Positions 36,201 through 49,604 are shown, numbered from the stretch's first letter. The stretch: DNA of 64,000 nt from a virus (IMGVR_UViG_3300036861_001052:64001-128000); one strand, 5' to 3'. The notes: a model not told the origin generated them from the letters alone. Numbers and translations: made by a program.

Positions 36201-36383
36201 CTACTTCACCCCGAACATGCGCTTGACCTCTTCGTGCGAGGTTCTGGTCTCCGGGCCCTCTCTGCGGCCTTGGGCGATCTGCTGCCAGAGCGCTTCGTTC
36301 GTCGCCCAGTACCAGTCTTCGTCGTCCATGTCCGCGACTGCGGTAAAAAGGTTTTGCGCGTCGCTGGGCTCGATTGGTTTCAT
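36201..36383 (-). CDS. Small antitoxin-like protein (tentative)
   Basis: Lone minus-strand ORF filling a gap; ends SHEEVKRMFGVK. Confidence 0.45.
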   Translation of the reverse strand: MKPIEPSDAQNLFTAVADMDDEDWYWATNEALWQQIAQGRREGPETRTSHEEVKRMFGVK

Positions 36384-36413
36384 GGGGTGCCCTGCTGTTT
36401 TAGCAGGTGCAGA

Positions 36414-36800
36414 ATGACGTACCACCCCGTAGGTGCCGGCCCTGGGCCCGTCGAAAAGTACAAGGTCGACGCGCCGTGGCCCTGGGGCGACAACACGGAG
36501 ATCGCGCTTCCGATCCAGGAGCTCGTGAGCGACGCCTGGGCTGCGGCTCGTCCCCGCATCGACGAGCTCGAGGCGAAGCTCATCGACGACATGGAAAACG
36601 AGATGTCTCTCTACGGGCCACGGCTCGTGAAAGACATCATGGACAACGTCGTCACTCCCGAAATGAACAAGGAGCTCGAGGTCGCGATGGCCGAGCTCGA
36701 CGTCATGAAAACGGACGTCACGAGGACTCTCTTTGCCGTGGGCGCTTCTCTCGTCATCGCTGTCGGGCTCGGCGCCTGGTGGCTGAAGAAGGGTAAGTGA
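36414..36800 (+). CDS. Tail-anchored protein, paralogue of 37087
   Basis: VGAGPG.V..Y.VD.P.PWG..TE..LP.Q.LV.DA; TM + KKGK. Confidence 0.8.
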   Translation: MTYHPVGAGPGPVEKYKVDAPWPWGDNTEIALPIQELVSDAWAAARPRIDELEAKLIDDMENEMSLYGPRLVKDIMDNVVTPEMNKELEVAMAELDVMKTDVTRTLFAVGASLVIAVGLGAWWLKKGK

Positions 36801-37084
36801 TGGGCAAGCGCGGCCCCGTCTTCTTTCAGATCCCCGTCGAGCTCAGGTTCGTGGTGACGGTGCAGCTCCCGGCCTTGCCGGAGTCGGGGCAGTACATGTC
36901 TCGGCCGTACGGTCTTTCGCCGGCCGAGGGGAAGGAACTGCGGGACGAGGCAGAGGCGATTGCGTGGGAGTTTTTGGAGCGGAAGATCGATGTGGGCGGC
37001 GGAGAAGCCATTGCGGCTCACGTGGAGGAATGGGAGCTCACTCGAGGCGGTCGCTCTGGCGTAAAAAGTCGAAGGGGCAGATAA
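36800..37084 (+). CDS. Hypothetical protein
   Basis: TGATG overlap. Confidence 0.6.
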   Translation: MGKRGPVFFQIPVELRFVVTVQLPALPESGQYMSRPYGLSPAEGKELRDEAEAIAWEFLERKIDVGGGEAIAAHVEEWELTRGGRSGVKSRRGR

Positions 37085-37086
37085 CG

Positions 37087-37320
37087 ATGTACCGAGCCGT
37101 CGGCGCTGGACCCGGAGACGTGACGACCTACCGCGTGGATCTCCCGCTTCCGTGGGGCAGGGACACGGAGGTGACTCTGCCCATGCAGGCGCTCGTCGAC
37201 GACGCGTACGCCGCCATGGAGCCTAACCTCACGGCCGCCATCAACAAGGGAGCGATCGTCATCGCTGCGTCCGTGGCCCTCGCCGTAGGCCTCGCAGCGA
37301 TGTGGATCAAGAAAGGATGA
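37087..37320 (+). CDS. Tail-anchored protein, shorter paralogue of 36414
   Basis: Same N-terminal motif; TM + KKG. Confidence 0.8.
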   Translation: MYRAVGAGPGDVTTYRVDLPLPWGRDTEVTLPMQALVDDAYAAMEPNLTAAINKGAIVIAASVALAVGLAAMWIKKG

Positions 37321-37321
37321 C

Positions 37322-37561
37322 GTGGCTTCTCTCTGGCGCTTCGTCGTCGACATCTACGAGCCCGGGACGAGCACGGCGTATCCGGTGCTCCGCCACGTCT
37401 TTTTTGGCCTCGACGAAGAGGAAGCCTACGGCACCTTCGAGGCGCACATGACGACGGACGAGTTTTTGCGCGGGTGCGTGGAAAAGGGCCGCTGGAACGG
37501 CCTCGACTGTATTGCCAAGGCGCAGTGGCTTGCTCCGGGAGAGCAAATCCCCGAAGATTAG
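37322..37561 (+). CDS. Hypothetical protein
   Basis: Fills gap; protein-like composition. Confidence 0.6.
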   Translation: MASLWRFVVDIYEPGTSTAYPVLRHVFFGLDEEEAYGTFEAHMTTDEFLRGCVEKGRWNGLDCIAKAQWLAPGEQIPED

Positions 37562-37570
37562 GAGACCCCG

Positions 37571-37879
37571 ATGTCCTACTGGAACGTTCCGGACCAAGAC
37601 TACCATGAGCTCCCCGTGGCGACGCCGTTCTGGCAGTCGGCGCCGGTGCCGGGCTGGGGCAAAAACCCGCTTCGCGCCGGTCCCCGGCGGGTCGGCATCG
37701 GCGGCGGGATCTGGGAAGAGGATGCGTTTCTCCCTCACTACATGTCGATCGGCGAAGATCCGGCGGCGAGCTACCGCGAGACGAGCTACGGCGTCGTGGC
37801 GCTGTCTGGCGCGGGCGGGATCATGCTCGGGATCTTGTTCGGCTACGCCTGGTGGGGGATGAAGAAACGGGCGGCGTAG
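37571..37879 (+). CDS. Tail-anchored protein
   Basis: AGGAG RBS; RVGIGG; TM + KKR. Confidence 0.75.
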   Translation: MSYWNVPDQDYHELPVATPFWQSAPVPGWGKNPLRAGPRRVGIGGGIWEEDAFLPHYMSIGEDPAASYRETSYGVVALSGAGGIMLGILFGYAWWGMKKRAA

Positions 37880-38169
37880 TGAACGGCTACGGATACGTCT
37901 CGTATCCGACGAGCACGGGACAAGTCGAGTCTCGGGTCGCCGTCGTCACGTGCCCCGAGTGCTCCTTTCTCAAGAACGGCGACTGCGTCGTCTGCATCGA
38001 CGGCGAGGATCATCCAGCCTGCAATGGATGCTCGGACGGTCAGATCGTCTGGTACCGGCGTCCGCTCTTCGTCTCGGTAGCAACGGCAATCGTCGTGTCG
38101 ATCATCGCGGGCATTACCGTGCATCAGATCGAGAAGCATTCCTCGGTGCTTCGAAGGCTAAGGTCATGA
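37879..38169 (+). CDS. Cys-rich tail-anchored protein
   Basis: CPEC, CVVC, CNGC; TM. Confidence 0.7.
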   Translation: MNGYGYVSYPTSTGQVESRVAVVTCPECSFLKNGDCVVCIDGEDHPACNGCSDGQIVWYRRPLFVSVATAIVVSIIAGITVHQIEKHSSVLRRLRS

Positions 38170-38170
38170 T

Positions 38171-40927
<2,757 letters not shown>

Positions 40928-40978
40928 GAATAGCAAGAGAAACGCTTTCTCGTAGAGGCCTCGGCGCGGGGGCTGTAG

Positions 40979-42457
<1,479 letters not shown>

Positions 42458-42464
42458 GGTTACC

Positions 42465-42770
42465 ATGGACGTAGCGATCATCCCCGGCACAGAAGACGAC
42501 AGGCGCGCCGCTTTCCTCGCGTTCTCGTCGGTCATCGGCGGCGGCATCATCGCTTACGAAGCTGCGCGCGCGATCCGGGACGGAGAGCTCCTCGGGACCG
42601 ACGAGGTAGAGAAAAATCCGAAGGCGGGTTTTTTCGCGATGGCCGGCGGCATCGCCATGCTCGGCGTCGCCATGAACGAGACCGCGAAAGAAGTCGGCTG
42701 GAAGCCGCTCCTACTCGGCGGCGCCGGCATCACGGCGTTCGTGATGGTGGCTCGGGCCGTGCGTCGGTGA
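42465..42770 (+). CDS. Small multi-TM membrane protein
   Basis: Three hydrophobic segments; GAGG RBS. Confidence 0.7.
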   Translation: MDVAIIPGTEDDRRAAFLAFSSVIGGGIIAYEAARAIRDGELLGTDEVEKNPKAGFFAMAGGIAMLGVAMNETAKEVGWKPLLLGGAGITAFVMVARAVRR

Positions 42771-42817
42771 CCCAGGCGGGCGCATCTCGTACGACATTTC
42801 GTCGATGATGTCGCTCA

Positions 42818-43090
42818 CTAGCCCGCGCTCCGTCTGCGCACGCGCTCGATGGCCTGCTCTCGGGCACTGACCTCGACGGCGCCCTCCAGGATGGCCGCGC
42901 GCCTCCGCCGCGGCGTGAGGTCGTAATGCGGCGCCGACGGGTGCTCCTGAAACCAGGAGCGCTTGAGACCAATCTTCCGCGCGAACGCGTGGAGAGCGTC
43001 GAGGGGGCCGTCGGTCGTGAGGTGACAGGAGCCGCGGTGGAAGGGCGGCGGAGCCCCGGGCCAAAGACGAAGCTCGTCGACCATGATCAT
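42818..43090 (-). CDS. DUF4031 family protein
   Basis: VD...CHL..D...LHAFARKIGLKRSWFQ...HYDLT..RR..AI..GA. Confidence 0.85.
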   Translation of the reverse strand: MIMVDELRLWPGAPPPFHRGSCHLTTDGPLDALHAFARKIGLKRSWFQEHPSAPHYDLTPRRRRAAILEGAVEVSAREQAIERVRRRSAG

Positions 43091-43274
43091 TGGCGGTCCA
43101 AGATGGCGACCCACCAGAGCCACCCGGTTTGCAAGTACCAGCCGCCCAAGCACCGATCGAAACTCAGCCACGGGAGCCACCGAAACCAGCCGTTATCGCC
43201 GCGACCGACGGAGAAGTGCATGGGGACGCTCCTTGACAACTTTAGCAGGACCGGCTAGCAGTGATAGCCACAAA

Positions 43275-43877
43275 ATGTCCGAAGACAAGGGCGAGCGCTC
43301 GACGCTCGGTGGCGCCGGCCCCGAGATCATCGTGAAGGGCGGGACTGTCCCGAGCTCTTACGAAAAGGAGCGAGAGGAGCAGCGGAAGGCCGCTCTACTC
43401 GGCCAAGAGCATCAGGACAAGCAGATGCGGGCGGCTGCGGCGGGCGACCAGCTGACCCCCGACGGCTTCGTGAGCTCGAAGCTTCACTCGCTCCGGATGA
43501 TGGACAGCGGTTCCCCTCGCCTGGTCCTCTACTACCTGAACCGCGACAAGACCGTGCGGCAGGAGTGCGTGAGCGAGCTCGTCGTGACTCCCGACGGCGA
43601 CGAAGTCTTCACGATGATCTGCCCCCGCTGCCTCGAGCGAGGCGAGCCAGCGGCGCGCGCGCAGATCATGGTGAGAAAGAGTCATCGGAAGTGGGAGCTC
43701 GACACGCGGGAAGAGGGGAAATTCATCATGCTGGTCGATCCCTACGGCGAGCCCTTCTCGGTCCGGATCTGCGGCACGGTGTCCTGTCAGGACACGCTCC
43801 GCTGCGCGAACTTCAACTGTAACTGGGCCGTGCGCGTCGAGAGCCGTGGCGGTCGCACGGAGGTCGTCGAGGTCTGA
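43275..43877 (+). CDS. Zn-binding hypothetical protein
   Basis: ATG 43275 downstream of TTGACA (43233); CPRC, CxxxxC. Confidence 0.7.
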   Translation: MSEDKGERSTLGGAGPEIIVKGGTVPSSYEKEREEQRKAALLGQEHQDKQMRAAAAGDQLTPDGFVSSKLHSLRMMDSGSPRLVLYYLNRDKTVRQECVSELVVTPDGDEVFTMICPRCLERGEPAARAQIMVRKSHRKWELDTREEGKFIMLVDPYGEPFSVRICGTVSCQDTLRCANFNCNWAVRVESRGGRTEVVEV

Positions 43878-44074
43878 TGATGCAGAGGATGAGCGACGAG
43901 GCGCGCCACAATCGAAAAGTGATCGATGCGCTCCGGGAGCTCCTCGGCATCGGCCCCCTCTACGGTCGCGAAAGGCCTGTAGATCTCCGGCCGGTATTTT
44001 GCGCGCCCATGGAGGCCTACCGTCACCAGCAAGAGCAGATCCCCGCCACAGGAAAGGACAGAAGCAGACTATGA
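43877..44074 (+). CDS. Hypothetical protein
   Basis: Coupled on both sides. Confidence 0.55.
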   Translation: MMQRMSDEARHNRKVIDALRELLGIGPLYGRERPVDLRPVFCAPMEAYRHQQEQIPATGKDRSRL

Positions 44075-44370
44075 AGATCATTCCTTTGCAAGACCGCGTG
44101 CTCGTCAAGCGTGACGACGCCGAGACCAAGATCGGCTCCATCGTCATTCCTGACACCGCCAAGGAGCCCGTCACGCGCGGCGTGGTCCTCGCCGTCGGCC
44201 CGGGTCGCATCCTCGAGAGCGGTAGCCGCCTCGAGCCGAGGCTCAAGGCGGGCGACAAGATCATCTTTGGCAAGTACTCCGGCTCCGAGTTCGAGAACGA
44301 CGGTGAGAAGCGGATCTTCATGAAGGAAGAAGACGTGCTCGCCATCCTCGTCGAAGACGACGCCCCGTGA
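44071..44370 (+). CDS. groES: Co-chaperonin GroES
   Basis: MKIIPLQDRVLVKR...GSIVIPDTAKE...GVVLAVGPG...LKAGDKIIFGKYSGSE. Confidence 0.96.
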   Translation: MKIIPLQDRVLVKRDDAETKIGSIVIPDTAKEPVTRGVVLAVGPGRILESGSRLEPRLKAGDKIIFGKYSGSEFENDGEKRIFMKEEDVLAILVEDDAP

Positions 44371-44537
44371 GCCTGAAGAAGCGCATCTCCGATCGCATCG
44401 AAGCGAGAGAGGTCGTGACGAAGTCTCCGGAGGAGGTCCCTCCGACGCACACGGAGAAGATGATGTTCGTGCCGCACCCGGCCCGGGTGCTCAGTCGGAA
44501 CAAGCGAAAGCAGAAGCGCCGCGCGGCGCGGAGGTAA
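44367..44537 (+). CDS. Small basic protein
   Basis: GTGA-coupled; ends LSRNKRKQKRRAARR. Confidence 0.55.
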   Translation: MSLKKRISDRIEAREVVTKSPEEVPPTHTEKMMFVPHPARVLSRNKRKQKRRAARR

Positions 44538-44540
44538 AGC

Positions 44541-44810
44541 ATGCCGAGATCACATCACCTCGACTGGGAGACTCGAGCCGAGTGTCTGGTCGCCATTGCC
44601 GACTCGTACGGCGAGTACCCGCCGGTCGGCGAGACGCCCGAGTGGTGGAAGGCGTTCGAGAAGTGGTACCAGGAAAAGAAGAAGGACGCGCGTGACGGCG
44701 TCGTCTCGGTCGTCCTTCGTACCGAAGCGCGTCCCTACGAAGACGAGGCCGAAGAGGAAGAGGACGAAGACGAGGACGAAGACGAGGACCCCGAGGACGA
44801 GCCGGAGTGA
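44541..44810 (+). CDS. Small protein with acidic tail
   Basis: GGAGG RBS; EDE repeats. Confidence 0.65.
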   Translation: MPRSHHLDWETRAECLVAIADSYGEYPPVGETPEWWKAFEKWYQEKKKDARDGVVSVVLRTEARPYEDEAEEEEDEDEDEDEDPEDEPE

Positions 44811-46174
44811 CGCTCCCCGGCGGATTCGAGGGTCTCGAGCGCTTCCGCGCCCCGAGCTCCATCCTGGAGGGCGACGGTAAGCCTCCGGATCCGACCGAGG
44901 CGGAGCTCGAGAGAGCTCTCGTCGCCCCTGGCGGCGACGCGCTCCTTCCCGCCGGCATCGTCTACCAGGCGGGCTACGAGCAGGCGGGAGACGGTCTCGC
45001 GCGCCACGCGCGCGCGCAGGCGCGCGCCCTCGCGCGCGCGGGGGTGGCCGTCTCTCTTCAGTCCCTTCCCACGTCACGCATGATGCTCGAGGACGAGATC
45101 GAGGAGAGCGTCCGGCGCGAGGTGCAGCACTTGCGCATGACCTCTGTTGGCTCGGCGCCCATCGCGATCCGGCAGATCATTTTACACAGCCACCGGTATC
45201 TCGAGAACGTGGTCGCGCCCGCGGGAGCGCGCCTCGCGGACTTCGACAACGAGATGAAGGTCTACCGATCGACCGTGGTCTACACGTCGTGGGAGCGGAG
45301 CACGGTGCATCCAGAGGTCGTGGAGATCTTGAACCGATGCGGCCGCGTCTGGGTCCCCTGTAACATGAACTACAACGTCTTCCGCAATGCCGGCGTTAGA
45401 AACGTGGACGTAATCCCCTGCCCGTTCGATCCGGAGACGTCGCTCACGGCCGGCGTCGCCGCGCCGCGCGGCAAGGAGACGGCGCCCTCGGGCAAGCGCT
45501 TCTACGCGATCGGAAAGTGGGAGCCGCGGAAAAACTACCACGCGCTTATCGGAGCGTTCCTGTCGGCCTTCACGATGGAGGACCGGGCGTCGCTCTTTCT
45601 GAAGACGCACGAGTGGGGCGCATGGAAGGACTACCCGTCGATCGGCGAGAGCGTCGAACACTGGCTGTCGGATTTCCTGGTCAGGGATAACGGCTGGACG
45701 CGGGACAATTACGGTAAACGCTTGCGCGTCGTGACGAAGAAGCTCCCGGACGAGAAGATCCTTGCGATTCATAGGGACAACAACATCTACGTCACGTGCT
45801 CTCACGGCGAGGCGTGGGATCTCCCAGCCTTCGATGCGCGGGTCGCCGGTAACCGCTTGGTCTACACGGGCTGGGGCGGAGCCGAGGACTACGCCGCCGC
45901 GGAGGACATCAGGATCCTCGTCGAGCACGGTAAGGTTTGTGAGCCAGTGCATCCGGGCTACGGGTGGGAGTCTGGCGCGGAGTGGGCGAGGTGCCCGGTT
46001 GCGGATATCATGCATGCGCTTGTGGAGGCGGAGCCGCCGGCCCGGCGGATGCTCCCTCCTGATCTCTACCGGGACTTCGGAAGCCACGCCGTCGGCCGTC
46101 GTATGCTCATGAGCCTTAATAACGTGTCGGCCGGCACGGTAGAGGATCTTCTCGTGCAGGGAGGGTTCGGGTGA
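44807..46174 (+). CDS. Glycosyltransferase, GT-B/GT4-like
   Basis: IGKWEPRKNY..LI.AF; YVTCSHGEAWDLPAFDA. Confidence 0.88.
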   Translation: MTLPGGFEGLERFRAPSSILEGDGKPPDPTEAELERALVAPGGDALLPAGIVYQAGYEQAGDGLARHARAQARALARAGVAVSLQSLPTSRMMLEDEIEESVRREVQHLRMTSVGSAPIAIRQIILHSHRYLENVVAPAGARLADFDNEMKVYRSTVVYTSWERSTVHPEVVEILNRCGRVWVPCNMNYNVFRNAGVRNVDVIPCPFDPETSLTAGVAAPRGKETAPSGKRFYAIGKWEPRKNYHALIGAFLSAFTMEDRASLFLKTHEWGAWKDYPSIGESVEHWLSDFLVRDNGWTRDNYGKRLRVVTKKLPDEKILAIHRDNNIYVTCSHGEAWDLPAFDARVAGNRLVYTGWGGAEDYAAAEDIRILVEHGKVCEPVHPGYGWESGAEWARCPVADIMHALVEAEPPARRMLPPDLYRDFGSHAVGRRMLMSLNNVSAGTVEDLLVQGGFG

Positions 46175-46275
46175 GGGGCGTGCTCGAGGGGTTCGTGCTA
46201 CAGCACGTGTTCGGGCGACAGGCCACCCTGGCATTCATCGCCGATGATCTCGAAGCAGCCATTCAGGAGAACAAC

Positions 46276-46596
46276 ATGAAGCAGAAACTGGAAGAGCACC
46301 ATAACCTCGACGCAGCTGGTAACCCGGCTGGAGGCCGCTCGAAGGGCGTCGGCTTCGACATCGAGTGGCAGGACGGCCCGCTCGGTCGAGGCGCCGATCG
46401 AAAAGACCCGAACGGCGCGTTCGTGGAAGGGATCGTCCAGGCAGCGATCGGGCGCCTGCACTTCTACCAGTCGTCGAAGTTTTCCTGCCGGGAGAACGCG
46501 ATTGCGCTGACGCACCTCGAGACCGCGCTTCTTTGGCTCGGCAAGCGCACTGCCGATCGGGAAGAGCGCGAAGTGGAGGGCACGAACGTCAAGTGA
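46276..46596 (+). CDS. tad1: Tad1-like immune-signal sponge (anti-Thoeris / anti-CBASS family)
   Basis: AGGAGA RBS; WQDGP...NG...RL.FYQ..KFSCRENAIALTHLETALLWLGKRTADREEREVEGTNVK matches my recollection of the Tad1 C-terminal pattern. Confidence 0.8.
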   Translation: MKQKLEEHHNLDAAGNPAGGRSKGVGFDIEWQDGPLGRGADRKDPNGAFVEGIVQAAIGRLHFYQSSKFSCRENAIALTHLETALLWLGKRTADREEREVEGTNVK

Positions 46597-46672
46597 ACCG
46601 CTGGGCGCTCGGGACGGTGGGCTGCGTCGCGCTCGCACGCAGCAATCGCGTACCATGCAGGGAGCATCCCCA

Positions 46673-46903
46673 ATGAATCCTCGCATGAAAAAAGTCTGGC
46701 AGTACGTGAAGGAGCAAAAGGTCGGAGACGTCGTCGACCAGCTCCGTGACTACCTCGACAACGTCCGAGACGGCGCCGATCCGATCGAGGCCATGTCCGG
46801 CCACCTCTGTGGGCCCGACTGCTGGCACTGGGACCACATCGACGAAGAGCGGAAAGCAAAGCTCCGGAAGGCGCCATGGAATCGGAAACGAAAGGATCCG
46901 TGA
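46673..46903 (+). CDS. Hypothetical protein
   Basis: GGAG RBS; HLCGPDCWH. Confidence 0.65.
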   Translation: MNPRMKKVWQYVKEQKVGDVVDQLRDYLDNVRDGADPIEAMSGHLCGPDCWHWDHIDEERKAKLRKAPWNRKRKDP

Positions 46904-47280
46904 AGGCCCGGGTCCTGGTCTACGAGGCCCTACGAGCTGCGTCGAGCGTGGCGCACGCTAGGCGCATTCTCGGGGTGACCCCGCTGGAGCTTCGGGCGCT
47001 CGTGAGAACGTATCGGCTGGACGCTGCGTTCGTGCGGCTCGAACGCGGCAAGTACTGGCAGCACCCGTGTTTCGTCAGCATGGACGGCAAGGAGCTCTTC
47101 GACGGAGTTCTCACCGTGGTCTCGCGCGCTACGAATTCTCCCCACGGAAATGCGCGGTGGGAGGTCAAGTTTCGGGCGTGCGGGCACACGGACGTCTTCG
47201 AGGGGATCAGGCTCCGGGAGAAGCGGGTGGCGCCAAAGTGCCGGGTTTGCGTGGCCCTGGGCCAGCCCGGTGGCGTTTAA
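46900..47280 (+). CDS. HTH plus Zn-ribbon-like protein
   Basis: AHARRILGVT; LTVV...ARWEVKFRACGH...CRVC. Confidence 0.55.
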   Translation: MKARVLVYEALRAASSVAHARRILGVTPLELRALVRTYRLDAAFVRLERGKYWQHPCFVSMDGKELFDGVLTVVSRATNSPHGNARWEVKFRACGHTDVFEGIRLREKRVAPKCRVCVALGQPGGV

Positions 47281-47321
47281 GGGTGTTTTACGTGCCGCTG
47301 ATATTGCAAGCTTCGAGGCCG

Positions 47322-47555
47322 ATGACCACCGAGCCGCCCGGCGACGAGGAAAAGTCCGAAGAGGAACGGATCTCGGACATTCTCGGCGAAAACCCCTTTT
47401 ACGACGATCGAGTGGACGTGCTCTTGAACTGCCTTGCGTTCGAGCTCGACGAGCTCGGCCTGCCGGAAGAAAAGTCGAGGGAGCTCTACCGGGAGCTCCG
47501 CGGCGTCATCGACAAGTACGAGCTCCTCTTGCCCGAGAAAGGCGCCACGAACTGA
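47322..47555 (+). CDS. Acidic hypothetical protein
   Basis: MTTEPPGDEE... Confidence 0.6.
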   Translation: MTTEPPGDEEKSEEERISDILGENPFYDDRVDVLLNCLAFELDELGLPEEKSRELYRELRGVIDKYELLLPEKGATN

Positions 47556-47827
47556 TGCCCGGTTTCTGTGACTCCACAATCGAAGATCTCACGGCCGAGA
47601 CGCTCGTGGATTGCCGCCGCTGCGGGCACTCGCTTGCGGTCCACCGAGGGACCGTCCAGGAGTGCGTGCTCTGTCACTGCGTGTCGTTCGTGGGGGAGGA
47701 CTGCCGGCCTCCGGTCGAGACGAAGACCGCGAAAGAGCTCGGCATGGTGGAGGCGAGTGGCGATGACGAGGCCGTATGGTGCGCGGTCGAGGACGCGGGG
47801 CTCACGGGAAAGCCGAAGAAGAAATGA
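47555..47827 (+). CDS. Zn-finger protein
   Basis: CRRCGH...H...CVLCHC. Confidence 0.65.
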   Translation: MPGFCDSTIEDLTAETLVDCRRCGHSLAVHRGTVQECVLCHCVSFVGEDCRPPVETKTAKELGMVEASGDDEAVWCAVEDAGLTGKPKKK

Positions 47828-48054
47828 GCGAGTGGCACGTCGTTCCCTTCGTTCAGAAGGTCCGGATGTACGCTCTCGCGAAGTTGAGCGGGCACGACCA
47901 ATATCAGCCGACCGGAGAATTCGTCTGCACCACATCGGACATTGCTCGCGTCACAGACGATGACTGGCGCTCATCGCGATGCAGGACATATCACCGGTCG
48001 CGTGCAGTGGCGGAAGCGCACGCGCGCAAACTGAATGCGCGGAATCAAAAATGA
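47824..48054 (+). CDS. Hypothetical protein
   Basis: ATGA-coupled. Confidence 0.6.
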   Translation: MSEWHVVPFVQKVRMYALAKLSGHDQYQPTGEFVCTTSDIARVTDDDWRSSRCRTYHRSRAVAEAHARKLNARNQK

Positions 48055-49160
48055 CGAAGTCCGTGCGGCTCTACGGCTACCTCCATGGCGAATCGTCCTT
48101 CGCGCAGGTAACGCGCGGTCTCCAGCGGACGCTCGAGGCGATGGGCGAGCTCGCCGGGCTCTATCCGGTCGATATGGACCCGGAGCTCGCACCGAGAGAG
48201 CTCCGCGGCGGCGAGAGCGCGCCTCTCTCCTTGAACTGCGGCTCCCCCGAGGGACTTCTCCGTGCGCACCGCTCCGGCGATCACAAGGAGCACTGGCTGC
48301 TTCTCGCCCCGAACAGCCAGGGCCTTCCGCATGGCTTCGTGGAGGGGCTCTTGAAGACGTCGGATATCTTGCCGCGCGGGACGCTCTCCGGAGGGATCCT
48401 CGCGCCGAGCCGGTGGGCGGCAAGCGTGTGCCAGGACGCGTTCCCCGAAAAGAAGGTCCTCGTCGCGCCGCACGGCGTCTCCCCCGAGGTCCACTCCGTG
48501 AATCCGAAGGATCTCGCGGCGAGCCGCCGAGACTTCAAGAACGGCCTCTTCGACGTCCTTCACATGGCGAGCACGGAGGCGGACAGGAAAGGCACTCGGC
48601 AGCTCATGCGCGCGTGGGCACACTTGAAAAGCCGACGGGAGCTACCGAGCGTGGCGCGCCTGCACATCATGATGAACCCGACGCACTGCTCGAAAGTGAA
48701 GTGGTGGGCAGCGGATCTCGGTCTCTCCGAAAACGACTACAGCGTGGCCCCTGGCCTCGTCCACGATCGCTACCAGGTTGCCAATCTCTACCGGGCCATG
48801 CACCTCGTCTGTCAGCCGTCGCGGGCGGAGGGCTTCGGCCTGGTCCCGCTCGAGGCGCTCGCCTGCGGGACTCCCGTGGCGATCACGATCTCGACGGGGC
48901 ACTCGGAGTACGCGTCGACGGGCCTTCCGGGCCTCATGGAGGTGCCCCACGGCCCCTTGGGTCCGATGGACGATTACCCCGGGTCGACGGCGCCCACGGT
49001 CACGGCGGAGGCGATTGTCCATGCCCTTTGGAGTGCGTACGATAGGTGGGAGAGTCTCTCGGCGCAGGCAGCCGACAACGCCGCCCCACTCGCCGAGGAG
49101 TGGTCCTGGGAGAAAAAGAACCGCCCTGCCCTCACGAAAATGATCGCGGAGAGCCCATGA
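48051..49160 (+). CDS. Glycosyltransferase, GT4
   Basis: RKGT..L..AW; PSRAEGFGLVPLEALACGTPV. Confidence 0.92.
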   Translation: MTKSVRLYGYLHGESSFAQVTRGLQRTLEAMGELAGLYPVDMDPELAPRELRGGESAPLSLNCGSPEGLLRAHRSGDHKEHWLLLAPNSQGLPHGFVEGLLKTSDILPRGTLSGGILAPSRWAASVCQDAFPEKKVLVAPHGVSPEVHSVNPKDLAASRRDFKNGLFDVLHMASTEADRKGTRQLMRAWAHLKSRRELPSVARLHIMMNPTHCSKVKWWAADLGLSENDYSVAPGLVHDRYQVANLYRAMHLVCQPSRAEGFGLVPLEALACGTPVAITISTGHSEYASTGLPGLMEVPHGPLGPMDDYPGSTAPTVTAEAIVHALWSAYDRWESLSAQAADNAAPLAEEWSWEKKNRPALTKMIAESP

Positions 49161-49390
49161 AAATGATTCTCAGCACCGGAGAGTTCGAGCAAGGAAAGAA
49201 GTTCTTCGAGGGACTGAAGACGGCTTTCATAGGCGCCGGGATCCCCAAAGAGCTCTGGTATGGGTATCTCGTTGGCTTCATCTACGGGCAGTTCCGACAG
49301 ACGATGAGCAAAGAAGAGGTCCGCAAGGCCTTCCTGGCGACGATCGCCGAGCTCGAGACCCAGTTCGACGAAAGTGCTCCGGAGGCGTGA
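49157..49390 (+). CDS. Hypothetical protein
   Basis: ATGA-coupled. Confidence 0.6.
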   Translation: MKMILSTGEFEQGKKFFEGLKTAFIGAGIPKELWYGYLVGFIYGQFRQTMSKEEVRKAFLATIAELETQFDESAPEA

Positions 49391-49602
49391 AGGTAACGAT
49401 GGCAGACAACGACCGAATCATCACGCTCTCGCACCGCCAGTTCCTCGAAGCGATCGGTGACTACCTCGCGAAGCACCGGCTGGCCCCGGACGGGCTCTAC
49501 CACTTCGCTGTGACCGTTGCGGCGGACAATGCCGTAATCGTCAAGATGATCAAGCAACCGGATCTCAGTGCGTTCGGGGACGATATCCCCACTACCGGGT
49601 AA
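49387..49602 (+). CDS. Hypothetical protein
   Basis: Coupled ORF. Confidence 0.6.
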   Translation: MKVTMADNDRIITLSHRQFLEAIGDYLAKHRLAPDGLYHFAVTVAADNAVIVKMIKQPDLSAFGDDIPTTG

Positions 49603-49604
49603 CG

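Noticed and set aside
13861-38169. Host sortase, exosortase or rhombosortase substrates (LPXTG, PEP-CTERM, GlyGly-CTERM, MYXO-CTERM)
   Set aside because: No obvious signal peptides, no fixed motif directly before the TM, and no sorting enzyme recognised in the window; not fully excluded
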